A DNA stretch of 64,000 nucleotides from Candidatus Nitrospinota bacterium M3_3B_026. Lineage in GTDB: Bacteria > Nitrospinota_A > UBA7883 > JBPRGF01. Shown here piece by piece: positions 9,043 to 21,191 of this stretch (positions are counted from its first letter, which is position 1; every line of letters starts with the position of its first letter). The notes beneath the pieces are model-generated. The model did no database searches. It was given only the letters and a program-made list of their open reading frames with translations, and was not told the DNA's origin. The stretch covers positions 64,001 to 128,000 of the forward strand of contig JBPRGF010000003.1 of assembly GCA_051418015.1 (NCBI GenBank). The letters are read 5' to 3'. Position numbers and translations under genes: made by a program.

Positions 9043-9483
9043 TCAGCCACCGTATTCTTTTCTGCCCGAGGCGACTTCCAGCCTGGCTTCGGCGCGGGCG
9101 AGCCTTGTCTCGTAATACTCCCTCTGCTCATCCTCGGCGCTCATGGAGCCGAGCTTCTCCTCGGCCTCCTTTTTGGATCGCCGGGCGCGCTCTGAGTCCA
9201 CCTGCCCCCCCTTCTCGCAGGTGCGGGCCAGGACGATGACCTTCTCGCCCGTGACCTCCACGAACCCCGCCGAAACCGCCGCCGCCCTGGGCATCCCCCC
9301 CTCGGCGTAGCGCAGGACGCCGGGGCGCAACGTCGTGAAAAAGGGCGTATGGCCGTAGAGGACGCCGAAGTCGCCCTCCAGGCCGCTCAGGGTGGCCATG
9401 TCCGCGTCGGCGTCCACGCAAAGGCCCGACGGCGTGACCACCTGCAGCCTTACGGCCTTCCCTTCGGGAGTCTCGCCGGCCAT
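9043..9483 (-). CDS. atpC: ATP synthase F1 epsilon subunit
   Basis: VVTPSG, GDFGVLYGHTP, GFVEV. Confidence 0.95.
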   Translation of the reverse strand: MAGETPEGKAVRLQVVTPSGLCVDADADMATLSGLEGDFGVLYGHTPFFTTLRPGVLRYAEGGMPRAAAVSAGFVEVTGEKVIVLARTCEKGGQVDSERARRSKKEAEEKLGSMSAEDEQREYYETRLARAEARLEVASGRKEYGG

Positions 9484-9486
9484 CGG

Positions 9487-10908
<1,422 letters not shown>

Positions 10909-10933
10909 TCAAAATCCTCCAGTTCGCGTTTGG

Positions 10934-11797
10934 TCAGCCTTCCAGCGCGTCGGCTCCCGTCACCACCTCGATCAGCTCCGTGGTGATCGCCGCCTGCCGG
11001 GCGCGGTTATAGTCGAGCGTCAGGCCGTCTATCATCTCCTTGGCGTTCTTCGTGGCGCCGTCCATGGCGGTCATCCTGGCGCCGTTCTCCGAGGCGGACG
11101 ACTCCAGGAGGGCCTGGTAGACCTGGTTCGTGGTGTAAAGGTCCAGCATCCTGTCCAGGATGTACCCCGCCGAGGGCTCGTAGTCGTAGTCCACGGGGCG
11201 GCGCTCCTCCGGTACCTCCTCTATAGCGATCGGGAGCAGGGAGACCGTCCGGGGTATCTGCACCACCACGTTCTTGAACTCGTTGTAGACCATGTAGACC
11301 TGGTCCACCTCCCCCTCCACGAAAAGCTTCTCCGCCGCCGCGGATATCTGCTCGGCCATGGCGTAGCTTATCCTCTTGCCATAATCCAGAAAGCTTTCCA
11401 CGACGGGCCAGGGGCGGCGCTTGAAATGATCCACGCCCTTCTTGCCCACGATCATCAGCGACACCTTTTTCCCTTCGTTTTGCTCGATGACCTTGTGGGC
11501 TGCCTTGTAGACGTTGCTGTTGAACGGCCCGCAAAGGCCCTTGTCCCCGCTCATCACGAGCACCAGGACGCTCTTCGTCTCCTCGCTTCGCCGCAACAGG
11601 GGATGGGCGTCGGGGCTGACCCTGACGGCGAAGCTCTCCATCACCTCCATAACCTTCTCGGCGTAGGGGCGCGAGGCGGTGACGGCCTCCTGGGCGCGCC
11701 GCAGCTTCGCCGCGGCCACCAGCTTCATGGCCCGGGTGATCTGCTGGGTGTTCTTGACGGAGCTTATGCGGCGCTTGATGTCCTTGAGGTTGGCCAT
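10934..11797 (-). CDS. atpG: ATP synthase F1 gamma subunit
   Basis: ITRAMKLVAAAK, DKGLCG, RQAAITTE. Confidence 0.98.
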   Translation of the reverse strand: MANLKDIKRRISSVKNTQQITRAMKLVAAAKLRRAQEAVTASRPYAEKVMEVMESFAVRVSPDAHPLLRRSEETKSVLVLVMSGDKGLCGPFNSNVYKAAHKVIEQNEGKKVSLMIVGKKGVDHFKRRPWPVVESFLDYGKRISYAMAEQISAAAEKLFVEGEVDQVYMVYNEFKNVVVQIPRTVSLLPIAIEEVPEERRPVDYDYEPSAGYILDRMLDLYTTNQVYQALLESSASENGARMTAMDGATKNAKEMIDGLTLDYNRARQAAITTELIEVVTGADALEG

Positions 11798-11800
11798 GTC

Positions 11801-13318
11801 CTACTCTTGTTCCTTCTCGAACCGCCCCTTGAACTCGGCTATGGCCTTGTCGAGGTCGGCCTTTATGGAATCGGTCAGCTCCTTCTCCTTCAGGATGTTT
11901 TCCCCCACCTGCGGGTGCTTGGACTCCATGAAGGGCAAAAACTCCTCCTCGAACTTGGCCAGCGACGAGACCGGCAGGTCGTCCAGGTGGCCGTTGACGC
12001 CGCAGTAGATTATCATCACCTGCTTTTCCACCGGCAGGGGCCTGTACTGGCCCTGCTTCAGAATCTCCACCAGCCTCTCGCCGCGCAGAAGCTGCGCCTG
12101 CGTCGCCTCGTCCAGGTCAGACCCGAAGGCGGCGAAGGCGGCCAGCTCGCGGTACTGCGCAAGGTCCAGCCGCAGCCGCCCGGCGACCTGCTTGGTGGCC
12201 TTGATCTGCGCCGCGCCGCCCACGCGGGAGACGGAGATGCCAACGTTGATGGCCGGCCGCACACCGGCGTAGAAAAGATCCGACTCCAGGAATATCTGCC
12301 CGTCGGTGATGGATATGACGTTGGTCGGGATGTACGCCGAGACGTCGCCGGCCTGGGTCTCGATTATCGGGAGCGCTGTCAGCGACCCGGCCCCCAGCTC
12401 GTCGTTGAGCTTCGCGGCGCGCTCCAGCAGGCGGCTGTGCAGGTAGAAAACGTCGCCGGGATACGCCTCGCGGCCCGGCGGGCGGCGCAAAAGGAGCGAC
12501 AGCTGCCGGTAGGAGGCGGCCTGCTTGGAAAGGTCATCGTAGATTATCAGGGCGTGCTTGCCGTTGTCGCGGAACCACTCCCCGATGGCGCACCCGGCGT
12601 ATGGGGCGATGTACTGCAGCGGCGCGGGCTCGGAGGCGGTGGCGGCGACGACGGTGGTGTACTCCATAGCGCCCCTGTCCTCGAGTATCTTCACCACGTT
12701 GGCGACGGTGGAGCGTTTCTGGCCCACGGCCACGTATATGCAGTAGACGTCCAGCCCCTTCTGGTTGAGGATGGTGTCGATGGCGATGGCGCTTTTGCCG
12801 GTCTGCCGGTCGCCGATGATAAGCTCGCGCTGGCCGCGGCCTATGGGGATCATGGAGTCTATCGCCTTCAGCCCCGTCTGCAGCGGCTCGTGGACGGACT
12901 TCCGGTCGATGACGCCGGGGGCGACCCTCTCGATCGGGCCGAACTCGTCCGACTCGATCGGGCCCTTGCCGTCGATGGGCTGGCCGATGGCGTTTATCAC
13001 CCTGCCCACCAGCGCCTCGCCCACGGGCACGGAGAAGACGCGCCCGGTGCGTTTCACCTCGTCGCCTTCGTTGATCCCGATGTCCGAGCCGAAAAGGATC
13101 GAGCCGACGTTGTCCTCCTCGAGGTTCATCGCCATGCCGTAGACGCCGCCGGTGAACTCCAGCATCTCCCCGGCCAGGCAGTTCTCCAGCCCGTAGAGCC
13201 TGGCGATGCCGTCACCCACGGATATGACCGACCCGGTCTCCTTGAGCTCGAGCTCGCCTTCGAACCCCTCGATCTGCCGCTTGATTATCGAGCTTATCTC
13301 TTCCGCGTTTATAGCCAT
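11801..13318 (-). CDS. atpA: ATP synthase F1 alpha subunit
   Basis: [21 protein letters not shown]. Confidence 0.99.
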   Translation of the reverse strand: MAINAEEISSIIKRQIEGFEGELELKETGSVISVGDGIARLYGLENCLAGEMLEFTGGVYGMAMNLEEDNVGSILFGSDIGINEGDEVKRTGRVFSVPVGEALVGRVINAIGQPIDGKGPIESDEFGPIERVAPGVIDRKSVHEPLQTGLKAIDSMIPIGRGQRELIIGDRQTGKSAIAIDTILNQKGLDVYCIYVAVGQKRSTVANVVKILEDRGAMEYTTVVAATASEPAPLQYIAPYAGCAIGEWFRDNGKHALIIYDDLSKQAASYRQLSLLLRRPPGREAYPGDVFYLHSRLLERAAKLNDELGAGSLTALPIIETQAGDVSAYIPTNVISITDGQIFLESDLFYAGVRPAINVGISVSRVGGAAQIKATKQVAGRLRLDLAQYRELAAFAAFGSDLDEATQAQLLRGERLVEILKQGQYRPLPVEKQVMIIYCGVNGHLDDLPVSSLAKFEEEFLPFMESKHPQVGENILKEKELTDSIKADLDKAIAEFKGRFEKEQE

Positions 13319-13337
13319 CTTCTAAAATCCCTCTCCA

Positions 13338-13871
13338 TCAGCGAAGCCCCACCTTCAGGGCCTTGAGCTGGTTTCTGACGCTGCCGTCGTACACCATGCT
13401 TCCTATCCTCGCCACGATCCCGCCGATCAGCGAAGGATCGACCTTTACCTCCAGGACGGCTTTTCTGCCGGTGATCTCGCCGAATTTCCTCTCCAGCGCC
13501 GCCGTCTCCTCCGCGCCCGGCTCGAGCGCGCTCGCCACCTCCACCCGGACCTTGCCCAGCCTGTCGAAGGATATCTTCCCGGCCTGGGCGGCTATGTCGG
13601 AAAGAAGCGTCGTCCTGCCGTTTTTCAGGATGACCCGCGCCGTGGCGGCCGTCTTCTGGCTCACCCCGGTTTTTTCGAGTATCTCGCCGAGAATCCCGCT
13701 CTTGACCGCGGCGGGAACGGCGGGGTTCGCCATCACGCCGCGAAGCGGGCGGCTTTCGGCGAAGGCGGCCGCGAGGGCCTTGAGCTCCTCCACGGCCTTT
13801 TCCAGCTCGTCCGTCTCGGCGGCGTCCACGAAGGCGGTGGCGTACCTCTTCGCGGCAAGCAGGTCCTTCAA
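13338..13871 (-). CDS. atpH: ATP synthase delta subunit
   Basis: AKRYA, VDPSLIGG, YDGSV; operon position. Confidence 0.95.
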   Translation of the reverse strand: MKDLLAAKRYATAFVDAAETDELEKAVEELKALAAAFAESRPLRGVMANPAVPAAVKSGILGEILEKTGVSQKTAATARVILKNGRTTLLSDIAAQAGKISFDRLGKVRVEVASALEPGAEETAALERKFGEITGRKAVLEVKVDPSLIGGIVARIGSMVYDGSVRNQLKALKVGLR

Positions 13872-14437
13872 TTCACCCTCTCCATCTTTTCGAGATAGTT
13901 TTCGACGAGCTTTTTCTGGTCCTCGGGCCCGAGGTTCTTCTTCAATATCTCTTCCGCCAGTTCCACCGCCGCCCCGGCGGCCTCTTTCATGAGCTTTTCC
14001 CTGGCGGCCCTGGTCTCCATGCCGATCCTTTCCGAGGCTTTTTCCATGATCTTCTCCGCCGCCTCCTCGGCCTGGGCGATGGCCCTCTTTCTTATCAGCT
14101 CACCCTCGGCCTCGGCCTCTTTTCGGATCTTCTCCGCCTCCGCCCCGGCGGCGGCGAGCCTCTTTTCGTATTCGGCCAGCTTCGTCTCCGCCTGGCGGCG
14201 GGACTCCTCTATGGAGGCGAACCTGTCGGCTATGCTCTCCGCCCGTTTCTGGAAAAAGGGCTTGCCGTAACGGACCAGCATCCACCCCACAAGGCCGAGG
14301 ACAACACCCGCGTTCAGGATCCTGCCCCCGTCGCGCGCCCAGTCCCAGTTCTCGGCGTGCTCCAGCCCGGCGGCGTGGGCCGCGCCCGCGGCGGCCAGCA
14401 GAATGACCGGCGATAATACGGGGACTCGGCGGATCAT
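13868..14437 (-). CDS. atpF: ATP synthase F0 subunit b
   Basis: TM helix then long coiled coil; operon position. Confidence 0.9.
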   Translation of the reverse strand: MIRRVPVLSPVILLAAAGAAHAAGLEHAENWDWARDGGRILNAGVVLGLVGWMLVRYGKPFFQKRAESIADRFASIEESRRQAETKLAEYEKRLAAAGAEAEKIRKEAEAEGELIRKRAIAQAEEAAEKIMEKASERIGMETRAAREKLMKEAAGAAVELAEEILKKNLGPEDQKKLVENYLEKMERVN

Positions 14438-14865
14438 GGGCTGACCCTCCTTCCCAGTATCTTCCCGGCCAGCGACGAGGCGAGGTCGCCGATCTGTTTC
14501 TTGAGCGCCCGGGAGGCGGACTCCACCTCGCCGTTGACCTCTTCCATCGCCTTGTCGAACTTCTCGTTGAAGCGGCGGCGGGCGTCCTCGATCACCCGGG
14601 ATGAGGCGTCCTGCGCATCGGAGCGGGCGGAGTTTACTATCCTGGCGGCCTCGCGGCGGGTATCCACAATCATCTTCTCGTATTCGGCGAGGGCTTTCTC
14701 ACTTCTCCCGGCGACTTCCCTGGCGCCGTCCTCCAGCTCCTTGATCCTGCGCTCGCGCTCCTCCACGGCCCGCAGGACGGGCTTGAAGATGAAGCTGTTC
14801 AAAAACCACAGCAGCAGAAGAAAGTTTACAGCCTGTACACCGAGTGTGAAGTTTATGTCAATCAT
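14434..14865 (-). CDS. ATP synthase F0 subunit b'
   Basis: QAVNFLLLLWFL..FIFKPV...EER. Confidence 0.9.
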   Translation of the reverse strand: MIDINFTLGVQAVNFLLLLWFLNSFIFKPVLRAVEERERRIKELEDGAREVAGRSEKALAEYEKMIVDTRREAARIVNSARSDAQDASSRVIEDARRRFNEKFDKAMEEVNGEVESASRALKKQIGDLASSLAGKILGRRVSP

Positions 14866-15032
14866 TCAAGACATTCCCGCAGGGCTACAGGATCCAAAAA
14901 AAACGCGCCGATCCTCCAAACGATCAGGACCGGCCCCCCTCGCGCGATCCGGCCCAGCCGTCCGCCGGGCCGGCGCGGCGCCTTCCGCCCCCCTTCGGCC
15001 GGAAGCGGGCCTTTGACGCATTAAAGCTGGAA

Positions 15033-15061
15033 AGTGTAATCCTTTTTGGAACACTTTGCAA
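15033..15061 (-). promoter_or_regulatory. Putative sigma70 promoter of atp operon
   Basis: TTGCAA-17 bp-TACACT on minus strand. Confidence 0.5.
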
Positions 15062-15130
15062 CGGATAAAATCGCCGCCGCCCCTCGCCTCCTCCGGCGGA
15101 CGCCGCGAAGCGGGCAGCAGGCTTGATATA

Positions 15131-15207
15131 TGGGGTGAGCGACGGGATTTGAACCCGCGGCCACTGGAGCCACAATCCAGCGCTCTACCGGCTGAGCTAC
15201 GCCCACC
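15131..15207 (-). tRNA. tRNA-His (GTG)
   Basis: Cloverleaf GGTGGGCGTAGCTCAGCCGGTAGAGCGCTGGATTGTGGCTCCAG...GGTTCAAATCC...CACCCCA; G-1/C73, encoded CCA. Confidence 0.97.
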
Positions 15208-15320
15208 ACCGAAAAAATAATTAAAGCATCCCGAAAAAGCTTTATCAACCCAAATCTCGGGCTGCCGGGCCGAACGGCCCACGGAAAAGATTCCGCGTCC
15301 TGTAAAAGCTCCGCCGCCGG

Positions 15321-16544
15321 TCACCTCTTTCCGCCGGCCTCCTCCCCCCTGACGCCGCCCACCAGGAAGACCGCCGCCACCGAGGCGGCCAGCAGCGCCG
15401 GGAACACCCCGCGCCCGCCGTTCAGCCATCCCGCGGCCAGCCCCCCGGCGAAGGTGCCGGAGAACTGGCAGAGGTTGAACACTCCTATGACGGCGCCCTT
15501 GCCGGCCGGGTCGGCCAGCTTGGAGACGGCGGCGGGGAGCGTCGCCTCCAGCACCGAGAACCCGGCGAAGAAGACCGCGAACCCCGCCAGCAGAACCCAT
15601 AGAGTCGCCGCCGCCGAGAGGATCAGGAAAGCCAGCGCCAGCGCCATGAACGCCGCCGTCATCACGCCCCGGGCCGAGCCCCTGTCCGCCCTGGCCGAGG
15701 AGACGCCCATGGCCGCCGCGCCCATGACGCTCAAGGGGATATAGACCTTCCACAGCTCCCCCATCCCGAAATATTCCGACAGCCTGATGGGCACGGTGAA
15801 AAATGCCCCGATCATGCAGAAGTTGACCAGAAACCCCGCCGCGTCCAGCCGCAGAAGGTCCGGCGTGAAAGCGGCCCTGGCGATCCCCGCCGGGTTGAGC
15901 CCCGGCCCCGCCGGCCCGTGGCGCCCGGACGGGGGAGGCTCGCCCAGAACGGCGACGGTGATGTATATGGCCACGGCCGACAGCGCCGCCGCCACCCAGA
16001 AAAGAAACGGAACACCCATGACGCCCCCCGCCACGGGACCCAGGATCATCCCCAGCACCACGCCGCCGCCTATGGATATCCCCATGAAGGCCATGGCCCT
16101 GTTCCGCCGGGACTCCTCGGTGAGGTCGGCTATCCACGCGAAACAGGCCGATGCTATCGCCCCAGCGCCCTGCAGAAAACGGGCGGCTATCAGCACGTAG
16201 ATGTTCGACGTGAGCGCCGCGATCACGCTGCCCACCCCGAAGACGAAAAGGCCGGAGGCCACAACCGGCTTGCGGCCGAACTTGTCGGAAAGATACCCGA
16301 AAGGTATCTGCAACAGCGCCTGGGTAAGACCGTAGATCCCGAAAGCGAGCCCGGCCAGGATGGAGCTGGAGCCGGGCAGGCCGATGGCGTAGACGGAAAA
16401 GACGGGGATCAAAAGCGAAAGACCCAGCATCCTGAGGCCAATGACCGCGGAGAGACCGGCTATGGCCCTCCGCTCGCCGGACATGAAACCTGTCTGCTCC
16501 GTCATCGCCTCTTTCGAAAATAAAACTGATATATTAACGCTCAC
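15321..16544 (-). CDS. MFS transporter (YajR-like)
   Basis: GYLSDKFGRK motif A, ARFLQGAG, about 12 TM; start uncertain. Confidence 0.92.
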   Translation of the reverse strand: MSVNISVLFSKEAMTEQTGFMSGERRAIAGLSAVIGLRMLGLSLLIPVFSVYAIGLPGSSSILAGLAFGIYGLTQALLQIPFGYLSDKFGRKPVVASGLFVFGVGSVIAALTSNIYVLIAARFLQGAGAIASACFAWIADLTEESRRNRAMAFMGISIGGGVVLGMILGPVAGGVMGVPFLFWVAAALSAVAIYITVAVLGEPPPSGRHGPAGPGLNPAGIARAAFTPDLLRLDAAGFLVNFCMIGAFFTVPIRLSEYFGMGELWKVYIPLSVMGAAAMGVSSARADRGSARGVMTAAFMALALAFLILSAAATLWVLLAGFAVFFAGFSVLEATLPAAVSKLADPAGKGAVIGVFNLCQFSGTFAGGLAAGWLNGGRGVFPALLAASVAAVFLVGGVRGEEAGGKR

Positions 16545-16678
16545 GGGGCCGCTCAGGCCAAATTATTTTCTTCGCGGGGAGGCGATGTCATAAGGATCCC
16601 GCCCGCCCTTGCCAGCCCCGGCGGGAGTTTTTTAAGTTGGGGTCCGAAGCCCTCCCGCCCCCGCGGCACCCAACAACA

Positions 16679-16765
16679 TCCCCTCCCCTGGAGGGAGGGG
16701 ACTAAAGGGGAGGGGGTATAAATAAAATACACCCCCACCCAGCCCTCCCCTGGAAGGGGGGAGGA
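16679..16765. repeat. Palindromic repeat, family A
   Basis: cccctccctggagggagggg...ccctcccctggaaggggggagg. Confidence 0.7.
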
Positions 16766-16790
16766 GAAGGCTGCCCCGCGCGCGGCACGC

Positions 16791-17750
16791 TCAGCCGCAC
16801 TCCTGCTCCTTGCCCGGCTCCACGTTGACGCTTCCGCTCTCGGAGTCGATGTAATTGCCGCCGAGGTCCGCCACGTTAAGCTCCCAGTAGTAACGCCCGT
16901 ACTCGGAGATCGTATAGGTGAAGCAGATGGTCCCGTCGCCGCGGACGATATGGGTCTGGGTCTCGCCGCCTATGCCGCCTGGGTTGTTTTTGTTGGGGCC
17001 TATACTGAAGGTGAACTGCAAGCCCTCCGAAGGCATGTTGGACAGCTCGAAGCAGACCTTGATGTAGCTTACGCCGTCGCCGTGGGTGTAGCCTTCGCAC
17101 TTGGTGGTGACGGAAGGCGCCGGGGCCGAGTCGCCATCGAACGACGCGAGGAAGGCCCTGAATACCTCCATTTGCGAGGCGGCGCCGGAGTCCGGGTAAA
17201 TGTCCGGCGTGTCATGGAAAAGCAAAAAGCCAAAGACTTCCAGGGCGCCGTAGCCGGAATGGTAGCCGGTCTCTTCCTTGCTGAACGTCCAGCCATGGGG
17301 GGGGTCATTGGTTTGCTGGTAGGGGATCGGCGAAGCGGCCCCGGGCGCCGTCCAGGCCGTGATCCCGAGGCTGCTGAGCAGATACTCGCCGCACGGGGGG
17401 ACCCCGTCGGCCAGAAGCTCGGTCTGGAACTCGACGTATAGCCCGTCGTCCGTGACCGTCTCGGAGACTATGCTGCTAACGTTGAAGCAGACGCCGCCCT
17501 TGCCGTAGTTGGCGTAGTAGGGCGGGTCTATGAAGGTGTGTATTTCCAGGCTCTCGGCGTCGTAGCTTCGCGCGCTCCGCGCCTCGGCGGTCTCCACGCT
17601 GGTGACCTTGTAGGTTCCTTTCAGTTGGGACATGCTGGTAAGCGCCTCGTCCGAGGAGCCGCCGCCTCCGCCGCCGGAGCATCCGGCGAGGGGGGCCAGG
17701 AGGGCGAGAAAAATTAATGAGAATGAAAACCCGGCCAGCCGTGGGCTCAT
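16791..17750 (-). CDS. Hypothetical lipoprotein
   Basis: Lipobox LAGC, Gly/Ser linker, beta-rich C-terminus; GGAG RBS. Confidence 0.78.
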   Translation of the reverse strand: MSPRLAGFSFSLIFLALLAPLAGCSGGGGGGSSDEALTSMSQLKGTYKVTSVETAEARSARSYDAESLEIHTFIDPPYYANYGKGGVCFNVSSIVSETVTDDGLYVEFQTELLADGVPPCGEYLLSSLGITAWTAPGAASPIPYQQTNDPPHGWTFSKEETGYHSGYGALEVFGFLLFHDTPDIYPDSGAASQMEVFRAFLASFDGDSAPAPSVTTKCEGYTHGDGVSYIKVCFELSNMPSEGLQFTFSIGPNKNNPGGIGGETQTHIVRGDGTICFTYTISEYGRYYWELNVADLGGNYIDSESGSVNVEPGKEQECG

Positions 17751-17844
17751 GTTCCTTCTCCCTTAAATGAAGATTTGGAATAAGTATAGTCTAAAAATCC
17801 CCCGCGGCGGCAAAACCATGATTCCCGGATACGCTCTTTTAATT

Positions 17845-18030
17845 TCCCCTCCCCCGGCGGGAGAGGATTTTGAGGGATGGCTCCAGGTCTGCTTTTTCTC
17901 CCCCTTTATAAGGGGGAGTGGCCCGACGGGCCGAGGGGGTAAGTGGAAAAAAACAAGGATTACCTCCCCGCCGCTTCGCGCCACCCCTCCTTGTAACGGA
18001 GGGGAAATTATCCCTCCCCCGTCAAGGGGG
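17845..18030. repeat. Cluster of family A palindromic repeats
   Basis: Several CCCTCCCC/GGGGAG hairpins. Confidence 0.65.
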
Positions 18031-18088
18031 GAAAACGTAAAAGCGTCAAAAAGAGAAGATGGCGCGCTGAATATGTAGAATATAAAGA

Positions 18089-19963
18089 ATGGACGAGCGA
18101 TACGACGTGATAGTTGTCGGCGGAGGCCACGCCGGGGTGGAGGCGGCGCTGGCGGCGGCGAGGATGGGGCTTGGCGCCCTCATGATGACGATCAACATCG
18201 ACCAGGTCGGCGCAATGAGCTGCAACCCGGCCATCGGCGGGCCGGCCAAGGGCCACCTCGTCCGCGAGATCGACGCCCTCGGCGGCCGGATGGCCCGGGC
18301 CATCGACGCGACGGGGATACAGTTTAGAACCCTCAACGCCTCCAAGGGCCCCGCCGTCCGCGCGTACCGGGCCCAGGCGGACCGCAGGCTCTACCGCGAC
18401 GAGATCCGCGGGACCGTGGAGGCCCAGCCGGGGCTGGCCCTGCGGCAGGGGATGGTTGCACGCCTATTACTTAATGGTAATAAAATATCAGGGGTGGAGA
18501 CGGCCCTGGGGGAGAGGATCGGCGCGGCCGCCGTCGTCCTGACGACGGGGACTTTTTTGAACGGTCTCATACACATCGGCCTGACGAAATACCCCGCGGG
18601 GAGGGCGGGGGAGTTCGCCGCCACGGGCCTTTCTGAAAACCTGCGTGAGCTGGGGTTTGAGATCGGAAGGATGAAGACGGGCACCTGCCCGCGCCTCGAC
18701 CACGACACGATCGATTTTTCGAAGACCACTATCCAGCCGGGCGACGAACATCCGAGCCCCTTCTCGTTTTTCTCGCGGGGCATCGTTCAGGAGCAGGTCC
18801 CCTGCCATATCACCTACACCACTGAAGAGACGCAGCGGGTCATAGAAGAAAATCTGGAACGCTCGCCCCTTTACACCGGCGTCATCGAGGGGGCCGGTCC
18901 GCGCTATTGCCCATCGATCGAGGACAAGGTCAAAAGGTTCCCCGAGAAGCGCCGCCACCAGGTTTTCCTGGAGCCGGAGGGGCTTTTCTCGAAGGAGATA
19001 TACCCCAGCGGGCTGAGCACGTCGCTGCCGGTGGATGTCCAGAAAAAGTTTCTGCGGACAATACCCGGCCTCGAACGGGTCCGGATCATGCGCCCCGGCT
19101 ATGCCATCGAGTACGACTACGCGCCGCCGACGCAGCTCTACCCCACGCTGGAGACCAAAATAATCAAAGGGTTATACCACGCCGGGCAGATAAACGGCAC
19201 CTCCGGCTACGAGGAGGCGGCGGCCCAGGGGCTGCTGGCGGGGGTCAACGCGGCCCTTTCCGTCAAGGGCGAAGAGCCGCTTGTCCTGACGCGGCAGAGC
19301 TCCTACATCGGGGTGCTGGTGGACGACCTGGTGACGCGGGGGACGGAGGAGCCATACCGGATGTTCACCTCACGGGCCGAGTTCCGGCTCCTTCTGCGGC
19401 AGGACAACGCGGACCTGCGGCTGTGCGGCATGGGCCACGGGGTGGGGCTTTTGAGCGATCACGACTACGACGTATTCCGAAGGAAACGGGACCGGATCGA
19501 GCGGGAGCTTGAGAGAGTCTCGAAGATCCGCATCCGGCCGGGCGATGTCCCGGAGGAGGATCTTTATGTCTACGGCGGCGGGATCCCGGCGGACGGGATA
19601 CTGCTTTCCGGCCTTCTGCGGCGGCCGGGGGTCGGCCTTTCGTCGCTGCCTTTTCATGAGCCGTCCGTGGACCTTTCGCGGGATGAGATAGAACAGGTAG
19701 AGATTTCAATCAAGTACCAGGGCTATATCGAGCGCCAGGAGCGGATGTTGAGACGGACGATGGAGGCGGAGCAGAAACGGTTTCCGCCCGGTTTCGACTT
19801 TTCCAGCGTCCACGGCCTCTCCAGCGAGGTGGTGGAAAAACTCAACGAGATAAGGCCTTTAAACCTCGGCCAGGCCTCCCGAATATCCGGCGTCACGCCC
19901 GCGGCGCTGACGATCCTGCATATCCACCTGGAGAAGCTTTCCCGTGAGAAGCAGGGGGCGTGA
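18089..19963 (+). CDS. mnmG: tRNA U34 carboxymethylaminomethyl modification enzyme MnmG (GidA)
   Basis: [37 protein letters not shown]. Confidence 0.98.
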   Translation: MDERYDVIVVGGGHAGVEAALAAARMGLGALMMTINIDQVGAMSCNPAIGGPAKGHLVREIDALGGRMARAIDATGIQFRTLNASKGPAVRAYRAQADRRLYRDEIRGTVEAQPGLALRQGMVARLLLNGNKISGVETALGERIGAAAVVLTTGTFLNGLIHIGLTKYPAGRAGEFAATGLSENLRELGFEIGRMKTGTCPRLDHDTIDFSKTTIQPGDEHPSPFSFFSRGIVQEQVPCHITYTTEETQRVIEENLERSPLYTGVIEGAGPRYCPSIEDKVKRFPEKRRHQVFLEPEGLFSKEIYPSGLSTSLPVDVQKKFLRTIPGLERVRIMRPGYAIEYDYAPPTQLYPTLETKIIKGLYHAGQINGTSGYEEAAAQGLLAGVNAALSVKGEEPLVLTRQSSYIGVLVDDLVTRGTEEPYRMFTSRAEFRLLLRQDNADLRLCGMGHGVGLLSDHDYDVFRRKRDRIERELERVSKIRIRPGDVPEEDLYVYGGGIPADGILLSGLLRRPGVGLSSLPFHEPSVDLSRDEIEQVEISIKYQGYIERQERMLRRTMEAEQKRFPPGFDFSSVHGLSSEVVEKLNEIRPLNLGQASRISGVTPAALTILHIHLEKLSREKQGA

Positions 19964-20579
19964 CGGCGGCCTCCATAAGGAGGTCTTTCCCCCGGCGCTG
20001 CTCTGCAAACTCCAGAAATTTTCAGAGGAGCTCGCCCGCTGGAATCGAAAGTTTTCGTTCACGAGGGCTCATGACGACCAGATATTCGAAAAGCTCGTGG
20101 CGCCCTCGGCCTGGCTGGGGATGCTGTACGCGGAGGAGGGGAAGATCGGTCTCGTGGCCGATTTCGGGTGCGGCCCCGGCATACCGGGCCTGCCTATGGC
20201 CATGGCAGATGTCGGGAACCGATACCTTTTGATCGACGCTAACGGCAAAAAAATCAGGTTCGTAAAGCACTGCATCGATGTTCTGGGCCTCGCGCCGCCG
20301 GAGCGGGTGGAGACACAAAAAATCCGCCTGACCAGGGCCACGCCGATGGCGCCCGCGGACCGGCTGGTGACGCGCGCAACGGGGAACATGCTGGAGGTGA
20401 TCGGGCTATGGGAGGGGAAGGTGGCGCCCGGCGGCGCGGCGGATTTTTTTAAGGGGACGGACATCCGGGAGGAGGCCGAGGCGCTGCTCGCGGCCCGGCC
20501 CGGGGCGAAGATCGAAAGGATCGAGACGCCGGACTGGTTCGGGAATCTTTCAGTTATCCGCGTCCGCGGCGTTTTTTGA
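19944..20579 (+). CDS. rsmG: 16S rRNA m7G527 methyltransferase RsmG (GidB)
   Basis: [18 protein letters not shown] motif, directly after mnmG; start uncertain. Confidence 0.85.
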   Translation: MRSRGRDGGLHKEVFPPALLCKLQKFSEELARWNRKFSFTRAHDDQIFEKLVAPSAWLGMLYAEEGKIGLVADFGCGPGIPGLPMAMADVGNRYLLIDANGKKIRFVKHCIDVLGLAPPERVETQKIRLTRATPMAPADRLVTRATGNMLEVIGLWEGKVAPGGAADFFKGTDIREEAEALLAARPGAKIERIETPDWFGNLSVIRVRGVF

Positions 20580-20760
20580 GTACGCCCGCGGCGGCTCGCG
20601 CGCATCACGCCAAGGGCGCGGAGAATTTTTTTCATTCTCTCCGTTCTCCGCGTCTCGGCGGTCGAACCTAAATAATTTTTTATCGCGCAGGCGTCCTAAA
20701 AACTTTCGGCGCCGGTTTTTTTCCGATCCCAAACCGGTCATCGCGCCAGCGTCCTAAAAA

Positions 20761-20776
20761 TGTTTCACGTGAAACA
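20761..20776. other. parS: parS centromere site
   Basis: Perfect palindrome TGTTTCACGTGAAACA. Confidence 0.95.
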
Positions 20777-20947
20777 ATTGCCGGGAATGCGCGATAACTG
20801 GTTGTAAATATACTTGTTATTCTGGCGGAGAGGGTTTCGCCTCCCCCTCTGGCGCTTCGCGCCCCCCCCTCATCAGGGGGAGGAAAGCTTGATACCGTTG
20901 CGAATTTTCATTTTTCCGCCGGATATCGCGCCAGCGTCCTCAAATTT

Positions 20948-21033
20948 CCCCTCCCCCGGAGGGAGGGGATAAAGGGGAGGGGTATTATGGATTTCACACC
21001 CCCACCTCGATCCTCCCCCTTCAAGGGGGAGGA
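20948..21033. repeat. Palindromic repeat, family A, inside second parS module
   Basis: cccctcccccggagggagggg...tcctcccccttcaagggggagga. Confidence 0.7.
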
Positions 21034-21089
21034 CTCAAAAGGCGGTTTTTTCCAGCCCCAAGCCGGTCATCGCATCAGCGTCCTCAAAA

Positions 21090-21105
21090 TGTTTCACGTG
21101 AAACA
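21090..21105. other. parS: parS centromere site
   Basis: Perfect palindrome TGTTTCACGTGAAACA. Confidence 0.95.
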
Positions 21106-21191
21106 ATGGAAGGGAGGGCGCCGAACCACGCCGTGAGGCGTACTTAAAAGTTGTTTGATTCCTTCTCCGCCGCTGTTATACTCTTCAGACG

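Noticed and set aside
15131..15207. tRNA-His as an integration site
   Set aside because: No duplicated tRNA 3' end or integrase seen; the flanks are housekeeping genes.
20575..20665. Third repeat type (cgccaagggcgcggag...ctccgcgtctcggcg)
   Set aside because: Only one imperfect copy in the window, so a repeat family cannot be established.
20681..21107. Four ~20-bp direct repeats as a CRISPR array
   Set aside because: Irregular spacing (58, 185, 144 bp), intervening sequences are themselves related, and no cas genes are present.
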